Shown one piece after another: positions 17,654 to 27,418 of a stretch of DNA of 61,047 nt. The notes beneath the pieces are model-generated. The model searched no databases. It was not told the origin of the DNA and was given only the letters and a program-made list of their open reading frames with translations. Positions within the stretch are counted from its first letter, which is position 1. Each line of letters begins with the position of its first letter. Location: positions 1 to 61,047 of IMG/VR virus record IMGVR_UViG_3300028198_000003, one strand, 5' to 3'. The stretch is from a virus (Duplodnaviria > Caudoviricetes). The translations under genes and the position numbers were made by a program.

Positions 17654-18003
17654 TAATCTACCAATGATCTTAAATGTTCAATTCTTAATATTAACCTGTC
17701 TATATGTTCTTCTGATCTTATTATATCTTTTGGTATATTCCAAAACTTACTTCTACAAGTATCAGAACAATACATTTTTTGACGGGTTTTGCTTATAAAA
17801 TCATTTTTACAAAATTTACAGTTTATTACATATTCTGATATACGATTTTCTGCTCGTTTTCTTTTTAACTCCTGTCTCTTATCTTCATGTCTTTTATCCA
17901 TACATGGTGTACATACCCTTTTGGCTGTTAGAAGAGTTTCATCAAAATTACCCTTACATTTTACACATTTTATAATGAACGGCTCAGCCAACTCTTTCCC
18001 CAC
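17653..18003 (-). CDS. Zn-finger protein (CxxC...YCSxxC)
   Basis: Multiple CxxC motifs. Confidence 0.7.
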   Translation of the reverse strand: MGKELAEPFIIKCVKCKGNFDETLLTAKRVCTPCMDKRHEDKRQELKRKRAENRISEYVINCKFCKNDFISKTRQKMYCSDTCRSKFWNIPKDIIRSEEHIDRLILRIEHLRSLVD

Positions 18004-18193
18004 AGTTTCTACAAGTCTCTACTCTGATTTCAAAATTATCTTCGTCCAAATCATATCCCTCATCTATAGGATAACCTATATGAAAGCATGGAAGTCTTGA
18101 TAATTGTTCCTCCAATGCTTCTATCCTATGAAGCATGTCATTAAGAAGTTCTTCAGTCTTATCCTGTTGTATGTCGTCCATATTTGCACTCAT
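17984..18193 (-). CDS. Hypothetical small protein (CxH...CRNCG)
   Basis: ORF track; overlaps neighbouring genes. Confidence 0.65.
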   Translation of the reverse strand: MSANMDDIQQDKTEELLNDMLHRIEALEEQLSRLPCFHIGYPIDEGYDLDEDNFEIRVETCRNCGERVG

Positions 18194-19221
18194 GCTTTTT
18201 CAGCGTCCTCTATGCCTTTTACTGTTAGTTGATATGCAGCGTCCTTCTGTTCATGTTCAGGACTGTCTATCATTCTAGCAATTCGTTTCTTGCCTGATTT
18301 CTTCAAGTATACCCTGTAAGTACTTGCATGTGCTACTATGTTGCCACCTATAGGTTTTACAGGATCACCAAACATTACTGACGGATCTGATTGAACTTGA
18401 TTGGTAAATAATACCACACATCTAAAGTAAAACGATATGTTTTTGATATGAGTCATTAGTCTTGCTATCTGGTTTTGTCTCTCAGATAGAGTTCCTCTAC
18501 CTAGGTATTCTTCCCTAAATTGACCTATTGCACCGTCTAATATTACTATTCTTGGGTGTATCTCTAACATTAGTTTTGATAGAGAGTCAACAGTACCTAA
18601 CAGTTGTTCTGTATTAGGAGTATAGAAATATTTTACATTTGCAAGTTTTTCATCAACATTTTCTTCTGTAGCCAATTCTCTTGCTAGCATGATTTCTTTA
18701 AGTCTTCTAGGTTTGAATGTATCTTCACAGTCAATCCATACGACAGGTTCGTCATTTGCTAATGCTTCTGCTGCCAATGACAAACATAACTGTGTCTTGC
18801 CACAGCCAAATTCACCATATACCTCATATACGGCTTCTGATACAAGACCACCATTAAACAGGTCGTCTACCTCAGTACATTTAGATGCCAATCTAGGCTG
18901 TGCCTCTTGATAAGCCATAAGCTCCATTATGTCCATATCAGTTTTTCTGATAAGACCGTTTTCTTCAAGTATTCGCTGAGAGTTGAATACCCAAGCATTT
19001 GACTTTATCTTGTCAACACCTGAAATAATTGATACCTCTTTGCCACCCCTTACACAAATGTCTATTATATTGGTTATACCAAATGATTCAAGTTTCTTTG
19101 TAGTTACAGCACCAACACCTTCCAGTTGACCTACTGAAAGGTCTAGTTGTATTTCTGGGGCTTTCAAATCTGTAGTTTTTTCATTTTCAATGTCTTCATT
19201 TTTAATTTCTAAAGTACTCAT
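18190..19221 (-). CDS. radA: DNA repair/recombination protein RadA
   Basis: N-terminal HhH (LEGVGAVT), Walker A GEFGCGKT, EYLGRGTLSERQ, TNQV, PIGGNIVAHAST. Confidence 0.95.
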   Translation of the reverse strand: MSTLEIKNEDIENEKTTDLKAPEIQLDLSVGQLEGVGAVTTKKLESFGITNIIDICVRGGKEVSIISGVDKIKSNAWVFNSQRILEENGLIRKTDMDIMELMAYQEAQPRLASKCTEVDDLFNGGLVSEAVYEVYGEFGCGKTQLCLSLAAEALANDEPVVWIDCEDTFKPRRLKEIMLARELATEENVDEKLANVKYFYTPNTEQLLGTVDSLSKLMLEIHPRIVILDGAIGQFREEYLGRGTLSERQNQIARLMTHIKNISFYFRCVVLFTNQVQSDPSVMFGDPVKPIGGNIVAHASTYRVYLKKSGKKRIARMIDSPEHEQKDAAYQLTVKGIEDAEKA

Positions 19222-19259
19222 ATTATCTATAAACTCTCCCTCTATATGAGTCTTTGGTT

Positions 19260-21251
19260 TTACAGTTTTCGGTATGTCCCATCACCATTTAGTTTTATTA
19301 CACATTGTTGTTCCCAGTTGCCAAAGAGTTTCTTTGCAGAGTTCTCGTCAAACAGAGGACTCTCCCCTAGTTTTTTTATAAAGCCCTCATACATTACGTT
19401 CCCTTTCTCGTTCATACACTCTGTCCATACTGAGTGTGCTGACTGTTCCTTGTTCTCTTTCTTACCAACTATGAATGTTGCTTGATTGAATTTATTGTCA
19501 GTGTTTACTCCGAGTGAGCCAAACATTCTTTTCAAGAGTGCTTCCACAATGAGGACATCTGATACGTCGACTTTATCTTTGAATAAAATTTTTGCGTGTG
19601 CTGTCGCTAAACGAGCAAGGGCTTCGAGTTGTCGTACTCCGATAGCGAGTGAGTCGTTTGATACTGACAACGCACGCATTGTTTTATATATTTCAGCAAG
19701 TTTTTGTTTTGCCTCGATAGTTATGATTGGTTTATACTCTCGTATGTAATTAAGATATGATGTAAGTTCATTTCTTGAAAGGTATGTTGTCCCTGACATA
19801 TCATTGCCAGTAAATGTATCAAGTACGTGCTGTGCTTTCTTACTGTCTTCATCAACATTAACTACGTCCCTGATCAACCAGATTAAATCGAACCTTGATA
19901 CTAATGGCACAGGTATGTTAATGTTATCTATTAATGATGATTCAATATCATACTTACCATACTTTGGATTTGCTGCTGCAAGTATGCTAGCCTTTGCAGG
20001 TAATGTCATTCTAAATCCTGCCTTTGCAATAGATACTGTTTGTTGTTCCATACCTTCATGCATTGCACTTCTGTCATCAGGATTCATCTTGTCAAACTCA
20101 TCTATACATGCATGTCCCTCGTTACATAGTGGTAGTACCCCTGCTTGTGCTACTTGTGTACCGTTTTCCATCTTAACTATACCTATTGTAAGTCCTGCTG
20201 CACTTGCTCCTCTGCCTGAGGTGTACATGGACTTGTTAGAAATCTTTGAACATTCCTTTAGTAGTTCTGACTTTGCTAATGAAGGATCACCTACCAACAG
20301 TATGTTAATATCATTACGTTTTACTGTGGAATATCCACCTGCTAACATTAATAATATAGAAAATTTAATATCCTCATAGCCTATGATAAGTGGTGCAAAA
20401 CTATTGGTTAATTTATCAGTAAAACCATCTTCCTTTGAGGCTTTCTTTAGTTTGTCTATCTCTTCTTCTGTCATACATACGTCATTCTTTTTCTCCAAGT
20501 CTTGAGCAGATATTATCTCTATAACTATATCATGTATGTTACCTTCCTTGCCTAGCTTTACTACTGATTTGTATATACCTGTGATTCTTTTCTTCTGTCC
20601 AACAAATATTTTACCTGACAATTCATCAACTGCTACTGCCCTGAACATTATAGGTGTGCTGTTTTTTGCATCAGATAATTGCTGTTGAACATAGATGTAT
20701 TGTATATTATCTGTAACCAATCCCTCTTTAGATACAGTTAGTTTATGTCTCTTACACTTGATATTATTACACATGATGGTAGTAATATCTCTCTCATAGT
20801 CACATTTAATCTTCTGTGTTTGGAAACATAAAGGACACACACCATTACACTCTTTGATATATGATCTCTCTTTCTCAACTGCTACTATCTCACAGTCAAA
20901 TGTTACTGTTGTAAGCTCATGTTCTTTTGCATTTAATTCATGCATTTGAACAACACTATCCGATATAAGATTGATCTTTAAGTTTCTAAACGAATGTCTT
21001 ACCTCTGTGTAGTCAGCATATTTTGTCTCAAGATATTTAAGAACTGCTTGTTTAATAATATGTTTGAACTCATGTTCCTGTGTTAAAAAGTATTTGTATA
21101 TACCATCTTCCATTATATTAATACTGAATGTACTGTTAGGAGTAAGTGCATTAAGTACATCAAAGTATTTTTTACCTTGTAATATACCAGTACCACTGAT
21201 GTTTACAAAAACATCAATCATTGCTGACTCAGTATAAGTTTGCTCTTCCAT
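19260..21251 (-). CDS. mcm: MCM replicative helicase
   Basis: Zn finger, GDPSLAKS, SAAGLT, CIDEFDKM, HEGMEQQT, SRFD, RQLEAL. Confidence 0.95.
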   Translation of the reverse strand: MEEQTYTESAMIDVFVNISGTGILQGKKYFDVLNALTPNSTFSINIMEDGIYKYFLTQEHEFKHIIKQAVLKYLETKYADYTEVRHSFRNLKINLISDSVVQMHELNAKEHELTTVTFDCEIVAVEKERSYIKECNGVCPLCFQTQKIKCDYERDITTIMCNNIKCKRHKLTVSKEGLVTDNIQYIYVQQQLSDAKNSTPIMFRAVAVDELSGKIFVGQKKRITGIYKSVVKLGKEGNIHDIVIEIISAQDLEKKNDVCMTEEEIDKLKKASKEDGFTDKLTNSFAPLIIGYEDIKFSILLMLAGGYSTVKRNDINILLVGDPSLAKSELLKECSKISNKSMYTSGRGASAAGLTIGIVKMENGTQVAQAGVLPLCNEGHACIDEFDKMNPDDRSAMHEGMEQQTVSIAKAGFRMTLPAKASILAAANPKYGKYDIESSLIDNINIPVPLVSRFDLIWLIRDVVNVDEDSKKAQHVLDTFTGNDMSGTTYLSRNELTSYLNYIREYKPIITIEAKQKLAEIYKTMRALSVSNDSLAIGVRQLEALARLATAHAKILFKDKVDVSDVLIVEALLKRMFGSLGVNTDNKFNQATFIVGKKENKEQSAHSVWTECMNEKGNVMYEGFIKKLGESPLFDENSAKKLFGNWEQQCVIKLNGDGTYRKL

Positions 21252-21570
21252 CTCTCTGATCCATTATGTTTTGTAACTGTAGTATTCTTTGCTGCAATAG
21301 TTTTACTTCTTCATCATCTATACTTGTAATATAACCTGCCCAATCCTCTATGTCAGATAAGAAGTTTGGTATATTAGAACTAACTTCGTCAGTAGTGAAG
21401 TGATCTAGTTTTACTAAACCTTTCTTATGGTTTTTAATATATTCATCTGCTGTGATAGCCAACATTAAGCTGAAAGAAATATGCTTAGGGCGTATAATAT
21501 CAAGTTCCTCATACACTTTCTTGGCATTGGAACTTATTGATATTGATTTGATTCCACAATTAAAATTCAT
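21229..21570 (-). CDS. Hypothetical, possibly ribbon-helix-helix DNA-binding protein
   Basis: KSISIS...SFS...ADEYI pattern; upstream of mcm. Confidence 0.55.
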   Translation of the reverse strand: MNFNCGIKSISISSNAKKVYEELDIIRPKHISFSLMLAITADEYIKNHKKGLVKLDHFTTDEVSSNIPNFLSDIEDWAGYITSIDDEEVKLLQQRILQLQNIMDQRDGRANLY

Positions 21571-21618
21571 ATATTCTATATGAATATGTTATAATATAAA
21601 TGTAACTGAAAAAAATTA

Positions 21619-21744
21619 CTAGCAGATTTTTCCTAGACGGAAACGTTTGCCTCGCTTTTCTAACTGTTCAGCAAGTTGACCTGCTTTCTCAATAGCAACA
21701 ATTTGTGGATCTTTAAGATCTTCAATATGAATTTCTATAAACAT
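21619..21744 (-). CDS. Hypothetical 41-aa protein
   Basis: Translated by hand; tttaaata box upstream. Confidence 0.5.
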   Translation of the reverse strand: MFIEIHIEDLKDPQIVAIEKAGQLAEQLEKRGKRFRLGKIC

Positions 21745-21815
21745 AAGATACTGTTATCAAGAACCCTATTTAAATTATTCTATTGAAAGAAATATAAAAA
21801 GAGATATAAATATTA

Positions 21816-22094
21816 TTATATAGAAAGTTTATATATTTCGGTTCGACCACAATGAGTACATGGTGTTAATGTTACTTCATTTCTTCTCAACATACGTTTC
21901 ATTACTGTGTGTAGATTACCTTGACTTGGTATGTCAGCGTCCTCACCTATTGCAATTAAAGACATTCCTGTCTTGTTCTTTTTTAAACTTTTTATAACCT
22001 TGTCTCTGGTCTTCATTTTTCTAGGAGTTGTATCCACATTAATATAATTAGGAATAGTTTTTTTCTTTGAACGAACAGGTTTAGATATGACCAT
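21816..22094 (-). CDS. Winged HTH protein with CxxC in the wing
   Basis: VIKSL..GMSL..I...LHTVMKRM...EV..CTHCG..Y. Confidence 0.6.
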   Translation of the reverse strand: MVISKPVRSKKKTIPNYINVDTTPRKMKTRDKVIKSLKKNKTGMSLIAIGEDADIPSQGNLHTVMKRMLRRNEVTLTPCTHCGRTEIYKLSI

Positions 22095-22881
22095 TTATAG
22101 TTGCCTCCTGAGCATTGAATGATAGTGTTAGTGTTCCTATCTGTGAACCTATGATTTCATTCTTTCTATCCATGTATCCATCTGTATTTTCTACCAAAGT
22201 CTTACAGAATGTGCCTGTATTACCTAGATGAATGTCTCTTTCCCATGTCTTGCCACTCTCCCAGTCAAAATCATATACTAATTCAGGTTGGTATCTCTTT
22301 TGATGTAAGTGTCCACATAAGAACACATCATAGTAAGCATTATGTTTCATTTGTTCCATCATTCTTTCTGGTTTACCCCCACCAGATCCATGCATGAATA
22401 GTATAGACCACTGTGCTAATATTTTTTTATTGTATTTAATTTCTAATCCTAATACCCCACGGCTGCCCAAAAAGGTTAGGTTGTTAGGAGTACACATGGT
22501 ATTTTGTAGGTATGCCCTACTGATTTGAGGTATTTTATAGTCATGATTTCCATGAAAGAATCCCCACACCTTTTCATTCTTTTGTGTAGCATGAATATCT
22601 AATAGTTTTTGAGTGAGGTTTTGCCATCTCATTCTTTGATTATCTATGTCATGTTCTAAACTCATGTCAGGATTAAATCTTTTATCGTAAGTTGTGATTG
22701 CATCTAAGGCATCTCCACCAAAGAATGTATATCTATTCTTGTCTCTACAAATTGCTTTGATTCTTTTCTTATAATGTTCTTCATCAAAACCTGCGTGACC
22801 AATATGTATATCACTGATAGGTTCTAGATGTATAATATCATCTGGTTTATCTAAATTTATTGTTATTTTCTTTGAAAACAT
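22081..22881 (-). CDS. Calcineurin-like metallophosphoesterase
   Basis: SDIHIG, GGDALD, GNHD, HG, GHLH motifs. Confidence 0.9.
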   Translation of the reverse strand: MFSKKITINLDKPDDIIHLEPISDIHIGHAGFDEEHYKKRIKAICRDKNRYTFFGGDALDAITTYDKRFNPDMSLEHDIDNQRMRWQNLTQKLLDIHATQKNEKVWGFFHGNHDYKIPQISRAYLQNTMCTPNNLTFLGSRGVLGLEIKYNKKILAQWSILFMHGSGGGKPERMMEQMKHNAYYDVFLCGHLHQKRYQPELVYDFDWESGKTWERDIHLGNTGTFCKTLVENTDGYMDRKNEIIGSQIGTLTLSFNAQEATINGHI

Positions 22882-22914
22882 GATACTATATTATAATATA
22901 ACCATTATATAAAT

Positions 22915-23280
22915 CTACTTATTTATTTTACTCTCGTATTTATAATAGTGTTTATCATTTTTCCAAAACTTTAACCAGTAACTTGATGATGTAGTTATTT
23001 TCATAATCCAATCTAACTCTGTTAACATCTCTCCGTTAGGGTGATACTTTCTTAGGTGTTCTTCCTTATCTTCCTTCTTACATTTACCAAAGTTTGATTC
23101 GCTGCACAGTTCACATAAATCATAGTCAGTTTTACTTGCCATCAACTTTTCCTGAGGTTTGTTGCACCACTTACCATTAACTTTGTGATTATCTAGTTTC
23201 CATTTACCCATCTTCTTATGAAATTCTAGATCCCAATCAAGTCCTCTCTTACCACAACGGTTACATGTTTTATTATTCAT
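22915..23280 (-). CDS. Hypothetical Zn-binding protein
   Basis: CNRCG, H..C, CELC...H...H. Confidence 0.7.
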   Translation of the reverse strand: MNNKTCNRCGKRGLDWDLEFHKKMGKWKLDNHKVNGKWCNKPQEKLMASKTDYDLCELCSESNFGKCKKEDKEEHLRKYHPNGEMLTELDWIMKITTSSSYWLKFWKNDKHYYKYESKINK

Positions 23281-23387
23281 TAGTCAAATACTCCATCACT
23301 ACAATCTACTACTGCTCCACAGTTGGGACAGATCTGGTGGCACACTGTCATTTTATCCATTTCATAATCACATCTTATACAAATCAA
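23280..23387 (-). CDS. Small archaeal CPxCG Zn-finger micro-protein
   Basis: Translated by hand (TTG start): ICIRC..M...CHQICPNCGAVVDCSD. Confidence 0.65.
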   Translation of the reverse strand: MICIRCDYEMDKMTVCHQICPNCGAVVDCSDGVFD

Positions 23388-23401
23388 AATAAAAAAAAAG
23401 A

Positions 23402-23734
23402 TTAAGCTTTGGGTGGAAACATAGAGAGACTTAACATTGTACGTCCTGTACCTTCGGCTAGTTTCTCAACTACCCATACATCAAGTCCATCACTTGCGTC
23501 CTTATCCAAACACTTTTCTACTACATCATTCCAATAGTCACTCTTAGCTTGACCGATAACGGCTTTACCAAAAGAGTGTCGTAGACCTTCTGTAGTTTTG
23601 ATCTCTGCGACATCGGCATCAGTAGATTCTACATGTTTAACTAAGAAGCCTTGAACTGTGATCTTATCACCAGCTTCTAGTTTAACTGAGTTACTACCAG
23701 ATGTTTCAATATCTAATACTTCACTTACTAGCAT
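23402..23734 (-). CDS. Hypothetical protein (possible OB-fold/SSB)
   Basis: Beta-rich acidic protein in the replication block; function is a guess. Confidence 0.6.
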   Translation of the reverse strand: MLVSEVLDIETSGSNSVKLEAGDKITVQGFLVKHVESTDADVAEIKTTEGLRHSFGKAVIGQAKSDYWNDVVEKCLDKDASDGLDVWVVEKLAEGTGRTMLSLSMFPPKA

Positions 23735-23781
23735 TAGATACTATAGAATAGTGACACCATATAAATGTTGTGATAAAAAAA

Positions 23782-24201
23782 TTATTGTCTCTGTAACTCT
23801 GAACATTTTTGTAACTGATCAATTATTTTTGAACGGATCTGTCCAAACGTATGCGTGTTAACATCTAACTCAGGATACAGAGACTTTGTTAAATGATGTG
23901 CGACCACTATGTATTGCTGCAATGATTCTGCTATCTGTTTAACAGAGTCACTAACATCAACATCAGGAATCTTTGTAATTATAACATCACTTCCCTTAGG
24001 TTTGAAGGAACCGAATGAACTTATGGTTCCACCTTGACCAGTGAAACATTTCTCATCTGCACAGATTGCTTTAGGTGTTTTTTGATAACATAAGTTATCT
24101 CCTACTACCCATTCTTCTCCACAGATTCTACAGTTACCATCATACTTTGCTTTAATTTTAGTACCCATAATTGTTAATATTATAAACCCTATATAAATCA
24201 T
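23782..24201 (-). CDS. Hypothetical protein with AKYxGxCxxC Zn ribbon (start probably MGTK at 24168)
   Basis: ORF track. Confidence 0.7.
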   Translation of the reverse strand: MIYIGFIILTIMGTKIKAKYDGNCRICGEEWVVGDNLCYQKTPKAICADEKCFTGQGGTISSFGSFKPKGSDVIITKIPDVDVSDSVKQIAESLQQYIVVAHHLTKSLYPELDVNTHTFGQIRSKIIDQLQKCSELQRQ

Positions 24202-24244
24202 ACTCCTTCATAACATTTATATAAATGTTATTTATTATAGTAGT

Positions 24245-24487
24245 ATGGCAAAGAGAAAAATTGGAAACTCTCACACTACCATCTGTATAACTTGGAACGA
24301 TAAAGATATGTTTAGAACGTTTGCTAAACTTGTAAAGAAAACAAAGAATGGTAACATGTATGAAAGTGACTCTGTTATATTTAATAGAATGTTGGAATCA
24401 TTTAAACAAACAAATGAAAGTGGTGATACTTCCCATGAAACATACCCTAGAAAAACTACTTCTCAAGAACATGACCAGCAAGGTTAA
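24245..24487 (+). CDS. Putative RHH-type DNA-binding protein
   Basis: HTTICIT...ESDSVIFNRML; divergent gene with a tttatata box. Confidence 0.55.
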   Translation: MAKRKIGNSHTTICITWNDKDMFRTFAKLVKKTKNGNMYESDSVIFNRMLESFKQTNESGDTSHETYPRKTTSQEHDQQG

Positions 24488-24800
24488 ACTTTCTTGAAAT
24501 CCATATTAATTTTATTTTTTTAGTCATCATAGGTTTACATTTATTATAAAGTACTAATAAATTATCAGTTGTCACACGATAGTTACCATTGATCTGATTG
24601 ACTATTAACTTAGAGTCACTATATATTCTGACATATTTATCAGGATAATTATCCCTCACATATCCCAATGCATATAATACTGCCAAGTATTCAAGTTCGT
24701 TGTTGGTAGGCTCACCTCTTCTATATTTTACAATACATTTATCTTTATTTACAAGACAGATATTGGAGTTCCTTGTTCCACCGTCAACATAGATGTCCAC
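24456..24800 (-). CDS. rnhA: Ribonuclease HI
   Basis: IYVDGG, TNNELEY, IYSDSKL, WISR..NLA. Confidence 0.85.
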   Translation of the reverse strand: MDIYVDGGTRNSNICLVNKDKCIVKYRRGEPTNNELEYLAVLYALGYVRDNYPDKYVRIYSDSKLIVNQINGNYRVTTDNLLVLYNKCKPMMTKKIKLIWISRKFNLAGHVLEK

Positions 24801-24812
24801 ATATATATTATG

Positions 24813-24932
24813 CTAGTCTTTTTTATAACTCTTTCGACATAAATCAGAACAATATATTCTTTGTCTACCTTTATATCTATAGGGTAAAGATGTACCACAA
24901 TGTATGCATTTCTTTGGTTCGTCCTTACGCAT
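24813..24932 (-). CDS. Small Zn-finger protein (CIHCG...YCSDLC)
   Basis: Translated by hand, 39 aa. Confidence 0.6.
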   Translation of the reverse strand: MRKDEPKKCIHCGTSLPYRYKGRQRIYCSDLCRKSYKKD

Positions 24933-24968
24933 ATTAAAAGTTTATATATTTACTATAAAAGGCTTTTG

Positions 24969-25904
24969 TTATGATTGCATTACTTGTTGATCTGATCTTG
25001 TTGTACCCATTGCAGGTGGTGTTGCTTGTGTATCTCCACCTAATGATCCTCTTCCTCTTCTACCTGTATTAGTAATCTTTGGTTTCTTACCCTTACCTTC
25101 TGCTTCATTAAACTTATCATCTTCATAAGTTTTGTACAAGTCTTGGAAATTATCAAGTAAAGTATTAAATGTTTCATTAAGTTCTGTCTTCCATAAACGA
25201 CATGTTGTTGCTTTTAATGTTGATGCTCCACCTGTAGTTGTTTGATAATTTAACCTTCCTGCTTTTCTTTCTTTAGGTTTGCCAGTTGGATCTCTAATAA
25301 CTGTTCTATCACCTCTATTTCTCTCCATTATTTGTGTTCCTTCAAACTGAGTATTGCCACCTTTTACTCCTTTACCACTGTGTTCTCCTTCAGTTGTTAG
25401 TTTTCTGGAAGTTTTATGAGGTGCTCTATTTAATTTTAATATTGTTAACATGCCTTGGAATGTTCCTTGTAACGTATCTAATGATTTTCTAGTTCTTCTT
25501 CCTGAAGAAGTGTAACTATCTCTAGAAGTTATTCTTCCACTTGTGTTACCTCTTCCTGATGCATTGTCTATTGCATTGCGTGCATTTGAAGGAGTTTGTT
25601 CACTAAGATATTTATCAAATGATGGTTTTTCTTTTGTTGGTTTAACTTTTTTAGTTGGTTGTTTTTTCTTCTGTGGCTGTGCTGTTCCTGTAGGACTTTT
25701 TGGTTTTGCCTTAGGTTTTTTCTTTGCTTCGGCTGCTGCTACTCTTGCTCTTGAAAATGCTTGTCCTCTATCTGATGCTGCTTGTGCTCTAATTTGTTCA
25801 TCAGTAGGAGTTTCTGAACCGTATCTTCTTCTTGCTCTTTGATTTCTTAATGATCTTTGTGAATTTCTACTGTTTGCTGCAGGTGTACGAGAACGTTTAA
25901 CCAT
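24969..25904 (-). CDS. Highly basic low-complexity protein (possible internal/DNA-condensing protein)
   Basis: R/K/G/T-rich, predicted disordered. Confidence 0.65.
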   Translation of the reverse strand: MVKRSRTPAANSRNSQRSLRNQRARRRYGSETPTDEQIRAQAASDRGQAFSRARVAAAEAKKKPKAKPKSPTGTAQPQKKKQPTKKVKPTKEKPSFDKYLSEQTPSNARNAIDNASGRGNTSGRITSRDSYTSSGRRTRKSLDTLQGTFQGMLTILKLNRAPHKTSRKLTTEGEHSGKGVKGGNTQFEGTQIMERNRGDRTVIRDPTGKPKERKAGRLNYQTTTGGASTLKATTCRLWKTELNETFNTLLDNFQDLYKTYEDDKFNEAEGKGKKPKITNTGRRGRGSLGGDTQATPPAMGTTRSDQQVMQS

Positions 25905-25906
25905 AT

Positions 25907-27388
25907 CTAATTATCCTCCTCTTCATTTATATATTTTACCCCATATCTCATACCATATCCCTTTTGTTTTGTTTGTGGTGGGAGTTTATATCCTTGTGGG
26001 TTATCTGAATATACGAATGAAGGGTTGGCTTTGATAAGACCTTGTTCATCTAATTTGACTTCAGGTGCTTTTGGTTCATTGCCTACTTCAGGTTTCTCAT
26101 CTTCATATTCAAATTGTGTAGGTCTAGTGTCATGGGTTGTTCCCTCATAATCTTCAGTGGCATCAAAAGGAATCTTGGTTGATACTCCTGTGGTTGGGCT
26201 GCTACCTGTGTTACCTAATGCACCGTCTTCGATAGATGAATGTTTTGTATATTCTAAATCATTATGTTCTGGATCATAACTATTATGTTTTGGTTCTTTA
26301 TATGGTTCTCCATGTTCATAATCATCTTCTACTCCCCCTAACTGTGGAGTTGATTCTGAATTATGTGAAGTGTGTTGTTTATCAGGTTCTCCTGTAGCCT
26401 TCATTGAATCCCACTCGGCTTTAGTTATTTTTACTTTTTTAGGAATACGTTTTGGTTTAGGTGGTTCTTCATTACCAATAGAGAATGGTTCACTTTCATC
26501 ATCATCACTAAAATAATGTGATTGTTCTCTCTTTGCACCTCTTTCATCTTGCTCTGTATCTTTCATTAAATCCCATTCGGCTTTAGATATTCTAGATTTT
26601 AAAGTTGAATTTGCTTGTCTCTCATAAATCTCCTTATATTCTTCATCATCTTCACCAAATGTTTGTTTCTTTGGATCTATATTTTCTGTTCCATAACCTT
26701 GTCCTGCTGCACCATTAGATGAACCTTGATGATGTAACATTTCTTGAACGTCTTTAAAACTACGGGAATGATCATCACTCTTATCTCCATCACCTCTACC
26801 TCCACGACCACTTCTTCTTTCATTATCTCTTTCATTTTTATCCCAATCATCTTTTTTCATTACATCTTTGAGTTCTCTTGGTAATTGATCCCAAGTCTTA
26901 GACAAGAATCGTGGTGAATATGCTTTGATCTTTAAGAGTTGATCCGTTCTCTCTTCCAAATTCATAGCGTCCCAAGTCTTGTTAATGAGTATATCTGATA
27001 CGTGGAAGGTATCGTTAATGTTTATATTATAAAATTTACCATCATCTTTGAATATCTGAATGAATTGACCTGACATTTTAGAGACTATGCCGTTACCAGA
27101 TACACCGTTATCGTAATAGTTTATATGATCTCCTAGCTTGGTGTTCTTTAGTTTGTTCTGATCTGTCATTCCCATACTATAACTTTTACGTTCCTGTATA
27201 TAAGTTTCGCTCTTAACTGGTGCAGGTCTACCTACATAAGTCTCTGCATCACGGTTAGTATCATCAGGTTGTGCATTTAAAGACTGTAAATCCCCATATC
27301 CTGCACCATCTTTTTCAATAACTTCTTCTATTTCTGACTCTTCTTCTAATTCTTTGTCAGAAACTGGCTTACTATCAGTCTTATCCAT
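25907..27388 (-). CDS. Acidic low-complexity protein with repeated K[AT](E)WD motifs
   Basis: NKTWDAM, SKTWDQL, SKAEWDLMK, TKAEWDSMK. Confidence 0.7.
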   Translation of the reverse strand: MDKTDSKPVSDKELEEESEIEEVIEKDGAGYGDLQSLNAQPDDTNRDAETYVGRPAPVKSETYIQERKSYSMGMTDQNKLKNTKLGDHINYYDNGVSGNGIVSKMSGQFIQIFKDDGKFYNININDTFHVSDILINKTWDAMNLEERTDQLLKIKAYSPRFLSKTWDQLPRELKDVMKKDDWDKNERDNERRSGRGGRGDGDKSDDHSRSFKDVQEMLHHQGSSNGAAGQGYGTENIDPKKQTFGEDDEEYKEIYERQANSTLKSRISKAEWDLMKDTEQDERGAKREQSHYFSDDDESEPFSIGNEEPPKPKRIPKKVKITKAEWDSMKATGEPDKQHTSHNSESTPQLGGVEDDYEHGEPYKEPKHNSYDPEHNDLEYTKHSSIEDGALGNTGSSPTTGVSTKIPFDATEDYEGTTHDTRPTQFEYEDEKPEVGNEPKAPEVKLDEQGLIKANPSFVYSDNPQGYKLPPQTKQKGYGMRYGVKYINEEEDN

Positions 27389-27418
27389 ATATAACTACTA
27401 TATTTATTGTATTTATAG

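Noticed and set aside
19486-20379. + strand ORFs within mcm, and similar antisense ORFs within portal, terL, tail and protease genes
   Set aside because: Antisense shadows of well-supported genes with no motifs of their own.
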